Program-made: the position numbers and the translations under genes | Part shown: one piece after another, positions 34,113 to 35,718 of the stretch | Numbering within the stretch: position 1 is the stretch's first letter | Layout: each line of letters opens with the position of its first letter | The notes under the pieces: model-generated | Database searches by the model: none | Told to the model about the DNA's origin: nothing | The model's input: only the letters and a program-made list of their open reading frames with translations | Source of the DNA: Thermodesulfobacteriota bacterium | Lineage (GTDB): Bacteria > Desulfobacterota > Binatia > DP-6 | Direction of reading: 5' to 3' | Assembly: GCA_046727715.1 (NCBI GenBank) | Contig: JBKPDC010000280.1 | Coordinates: 1-35,718 of the forward strand | Length of the DNA stretch: 35,718 nt

Positions 34113-35718
34113 TCCCAGCCGTGCGTCTCGACGTGAGCCATACGCAGACCTCGCGCCCATCCGTGGCGCCGGCGATCGCGCGCGATCCGGCACGCGTGCC
34201 CGCGCTCGCGCAGGCGCGCGCTCGCGGGCATCTGGCATGGGTGGAGGTGGTGAAGGCGGTCGCGCTGCTCTGGATCGTCTGGAACCACCTCGCCGAGCGC
34301 CTCTTCGGCTTCCCGTTCGCCGGCAACCCGAGCGCGAACTGGCCGCCGCTCGCCGAGCGGCTGGCGCAGCTCCGCCCGCTCGCCGGACACGGCTGGCTCG
34401 ACGTCCCGCTGAACCTGCTGCGCTGGATCGGCTGGGCCGGCGACCAAGGCGTGCCGCTCTTTCTCATCGCCGGCGGGTTCGGGCTGACCTGGGGCCTGCT
34501 CGGGCGACGTCCCGGCGTGGCCCTCGACGTGCGCGACTTCTGGCGGCGGCGGGCGCGGCGCATCTATCCGCTCTGGTGGGCGGCGCACCTCCTGTTCGTC
34601 GTGCCCTGCCTGCTGCTCGGCCGCGGGCTCGACCCACGCGAGAGCACGTTCTGGATCGACCTCCTCGCGGTGCGGGTGACGCCGTATCAGCTCTACTACT
34701 TCGCGCCCGCGTGGTGGTACGTGAGCCTGCTGGTCCAGCTCACGGCGGTCTACCCAATCCTGTGGGCCGCGTTGTGCCGGCTCGGGGCGGGCCGCTTCCT
34801 GATCGTCGCGCTCGCGGTCGGGTTCGGGGTACGGGGCGCCGGCCTGCTCGTCTTCCACGGCTACCTCGACGCCTGGTCGCGCGGCGCGATCTTCGTCACG
34901 CGGCTACCCGAGTTCGCGCTCGGGATGGCGCTGGCCGCCTGGATGCACGACGCGCCGGCCGCGGCCGACACGTGGCTGCGCGCACCGACCACGCGCCTCG
35001 CGGCGCTGGCCGCGTGGATCGTCGGCACGGCGCTGTCGCTCGGGCTGCTCGGCATGACCGTCGCGCCGTTTCTCGTCGGCGCGGCCGCCTTCGGTCTCCT
35101 CTACGCACCCGCCAGCTCGTGGGACCGGGCCGGACGGTCGCCCCGTGTCTGGGAGTGGCTCGGTCGCCACACCTATTCGCTCTTCCTGCTGCACCATCCC
35201 TACCTCGCCATCTGCGTCCCGCACGGGACGGCCGGCGGGGTGGGTCGCATCGCCCTCGGGGTGGCCGTCGCGCTTGCCCTCACCGTGGTGTCGGCGCTCG
35301 CTCTCGAATCGGCCGTGGGCCCCGGGCTGGCGCGGCTGCGCCGTTTCGGGTTGCGGCGAGCGGCCAGCGTGCTGGGCGTCACGGGCGCCGCGCTGGCCGT
35401 GCTGCTGGTCGGCGCCGAGCTCACCGTACGCCGGGTCGCACCACGCGAAGTCTGGGGTTGGGGCGAGCGGGCGAGCCTCGAGCCCGACGCCGTCCTCGGC
35501 TGGCGACTGCGCCCCGCGACGAAGACCCGCTTGCGCTGGCTGAGCTACGACTACGTCGTCCGCGCCAACACGCTCGGCTTCCCGGGCCCGAATCGCCCGC
35601 ACGAACGCGGCCCCGGCATGCTGCGCGTGCTGGTCACGGGCGACGCCTTCAGCAGTGCCGAGGGCGTGGACACCGATCGCGCCTGGCCGCGTCTCCTCGA
35701 ACCGGCGCTACGCCAGCG
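34109..35718 (+). CDS. Acyltransferase-3 fused to an SGNH/GDSL-like domain, truncated by the window edge
   Basis: Not in the ORF track because it has no stop inside the window. Manual translation from GTG at 34109: LAWVEVVKAVALLWIVWNH, GVPLFLIAGGFGL, FWRRRARRIYP, WWYV.L.VQL, RLPEFALG, LGRHTYSLFLLH, then PDAVLGWRLRP...NTLGFPG...RVLVTGDAFSSAEGV...WPRLLE. Confidence 0.88.
   Translation, partial: MIPAVRLDVSHTQTSRPSVAPAIARDPARVPALAQARARGHLAWVEVVKAVALLWIVWNHLAERLFGFPFAGNPSANWPPLAERLAQLRPLAGHGWLDVPLNLLRWIGWAGDQGVPLFLIAGGFGLTWGLLGRRPGVALDVRDFWRRRARRIYPLWWAAHLLFVVPCLLLGRGLDPRESTFWIDLLAVRVTPYQLYYFAPAWWYVSLLVQLTAVYPILWAALCRLGAGRFLIVALAVGFGVRGAGLLVFHGYLDAWSRGAIFVTRLPEFALGMALAAWMHDAPAAADTWLRAPTTRLAALAAWIVGTALSLGLLGMTVAPFLVGAAAFGLLYAPASSWDRAGRSPRVWEWLGRHTYSLFLLHHPYLAICVPHGTAGGVGRIALGVAVALALTVVSALALESAVGPGLARLRRFGLRRAASVLGVTGAALAVLLVGAELTVRRVAPREVWGWGERASLEPDAVLGWRLRPATKTRLRWLSYDYVVRANTLGFPGPNRPHERGPGMLRVLVTGDAFSSAEGVDTDRAWPRLLEPALRQ

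Noticed and set aside
1-35718. CRISPR arrays, tRNA/rRNA, transposases/integrases, exosortase/PEP-CTERM genes, intrinsic terminators
   Set aside because: No regularly spaced repeats, RNA gene signatures, recombinase motifs, PEP-TM-basic tails or hairpin-plus-U-tract elements were recognised by eye; weak cases could be missed without computation.

Overview
High-GC bacterial DNA. The Cys-rich secreted protein and sigma54-type promoter motifs suggest a deltaproteobacterial/Binatota-like host (inference only). Most of the window (2374 to beyond 35718) is one large Wzx/Wzy-dependent exopolysaccharide/surface-glycan locus. Its parts are: (1) an export module (Wza lipoprotein, co-polymerase, ExeA-like ATPase with a LysM-like tail, BY-kinase-like protein whose Walker A Lys is replaced by Cys); (2) an RfaH/NusG-family antiterminator; (3) a priming phosphoglycosyl transferase; (4) an amino-sugar cassette (two Gfo/Idh/MocA oxidoreductases, DegT aminotransferase, WbpD-like acetyltransferase, two NodB-fold deacetylases, FAD oxidoreductase); (5) GT2/GT26 transferases, a flippase and a polymerase; (6) an oppositely oriented two-gene cassette (Cys-rich secreted beta-helix protein plus GT4) with its own sigma54-type promoter motif; (7) a distal decoration module (methyltransferase, polyprenyl-phosphate GT2, YdcF, two GT-C transferases, acyltransferase-SGNH fusion). 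Left of the locus are a divergent small four-CxxC protein, a WD40 remnant and an edge-truncated AttH/CrtC-like gene. Signals not shown by the ORF track: two sigma54 -24/-12 motifs, a sigma70 motif inside the kinase-like gene, a 385-nt convergent gene overlap, and an in-frame deletion scar of an acyltransferase gene. No rRNA, tRNA, CRISPR array or transposase/integrase was recognised. All calls come from reading motifs by eye, without database searches.
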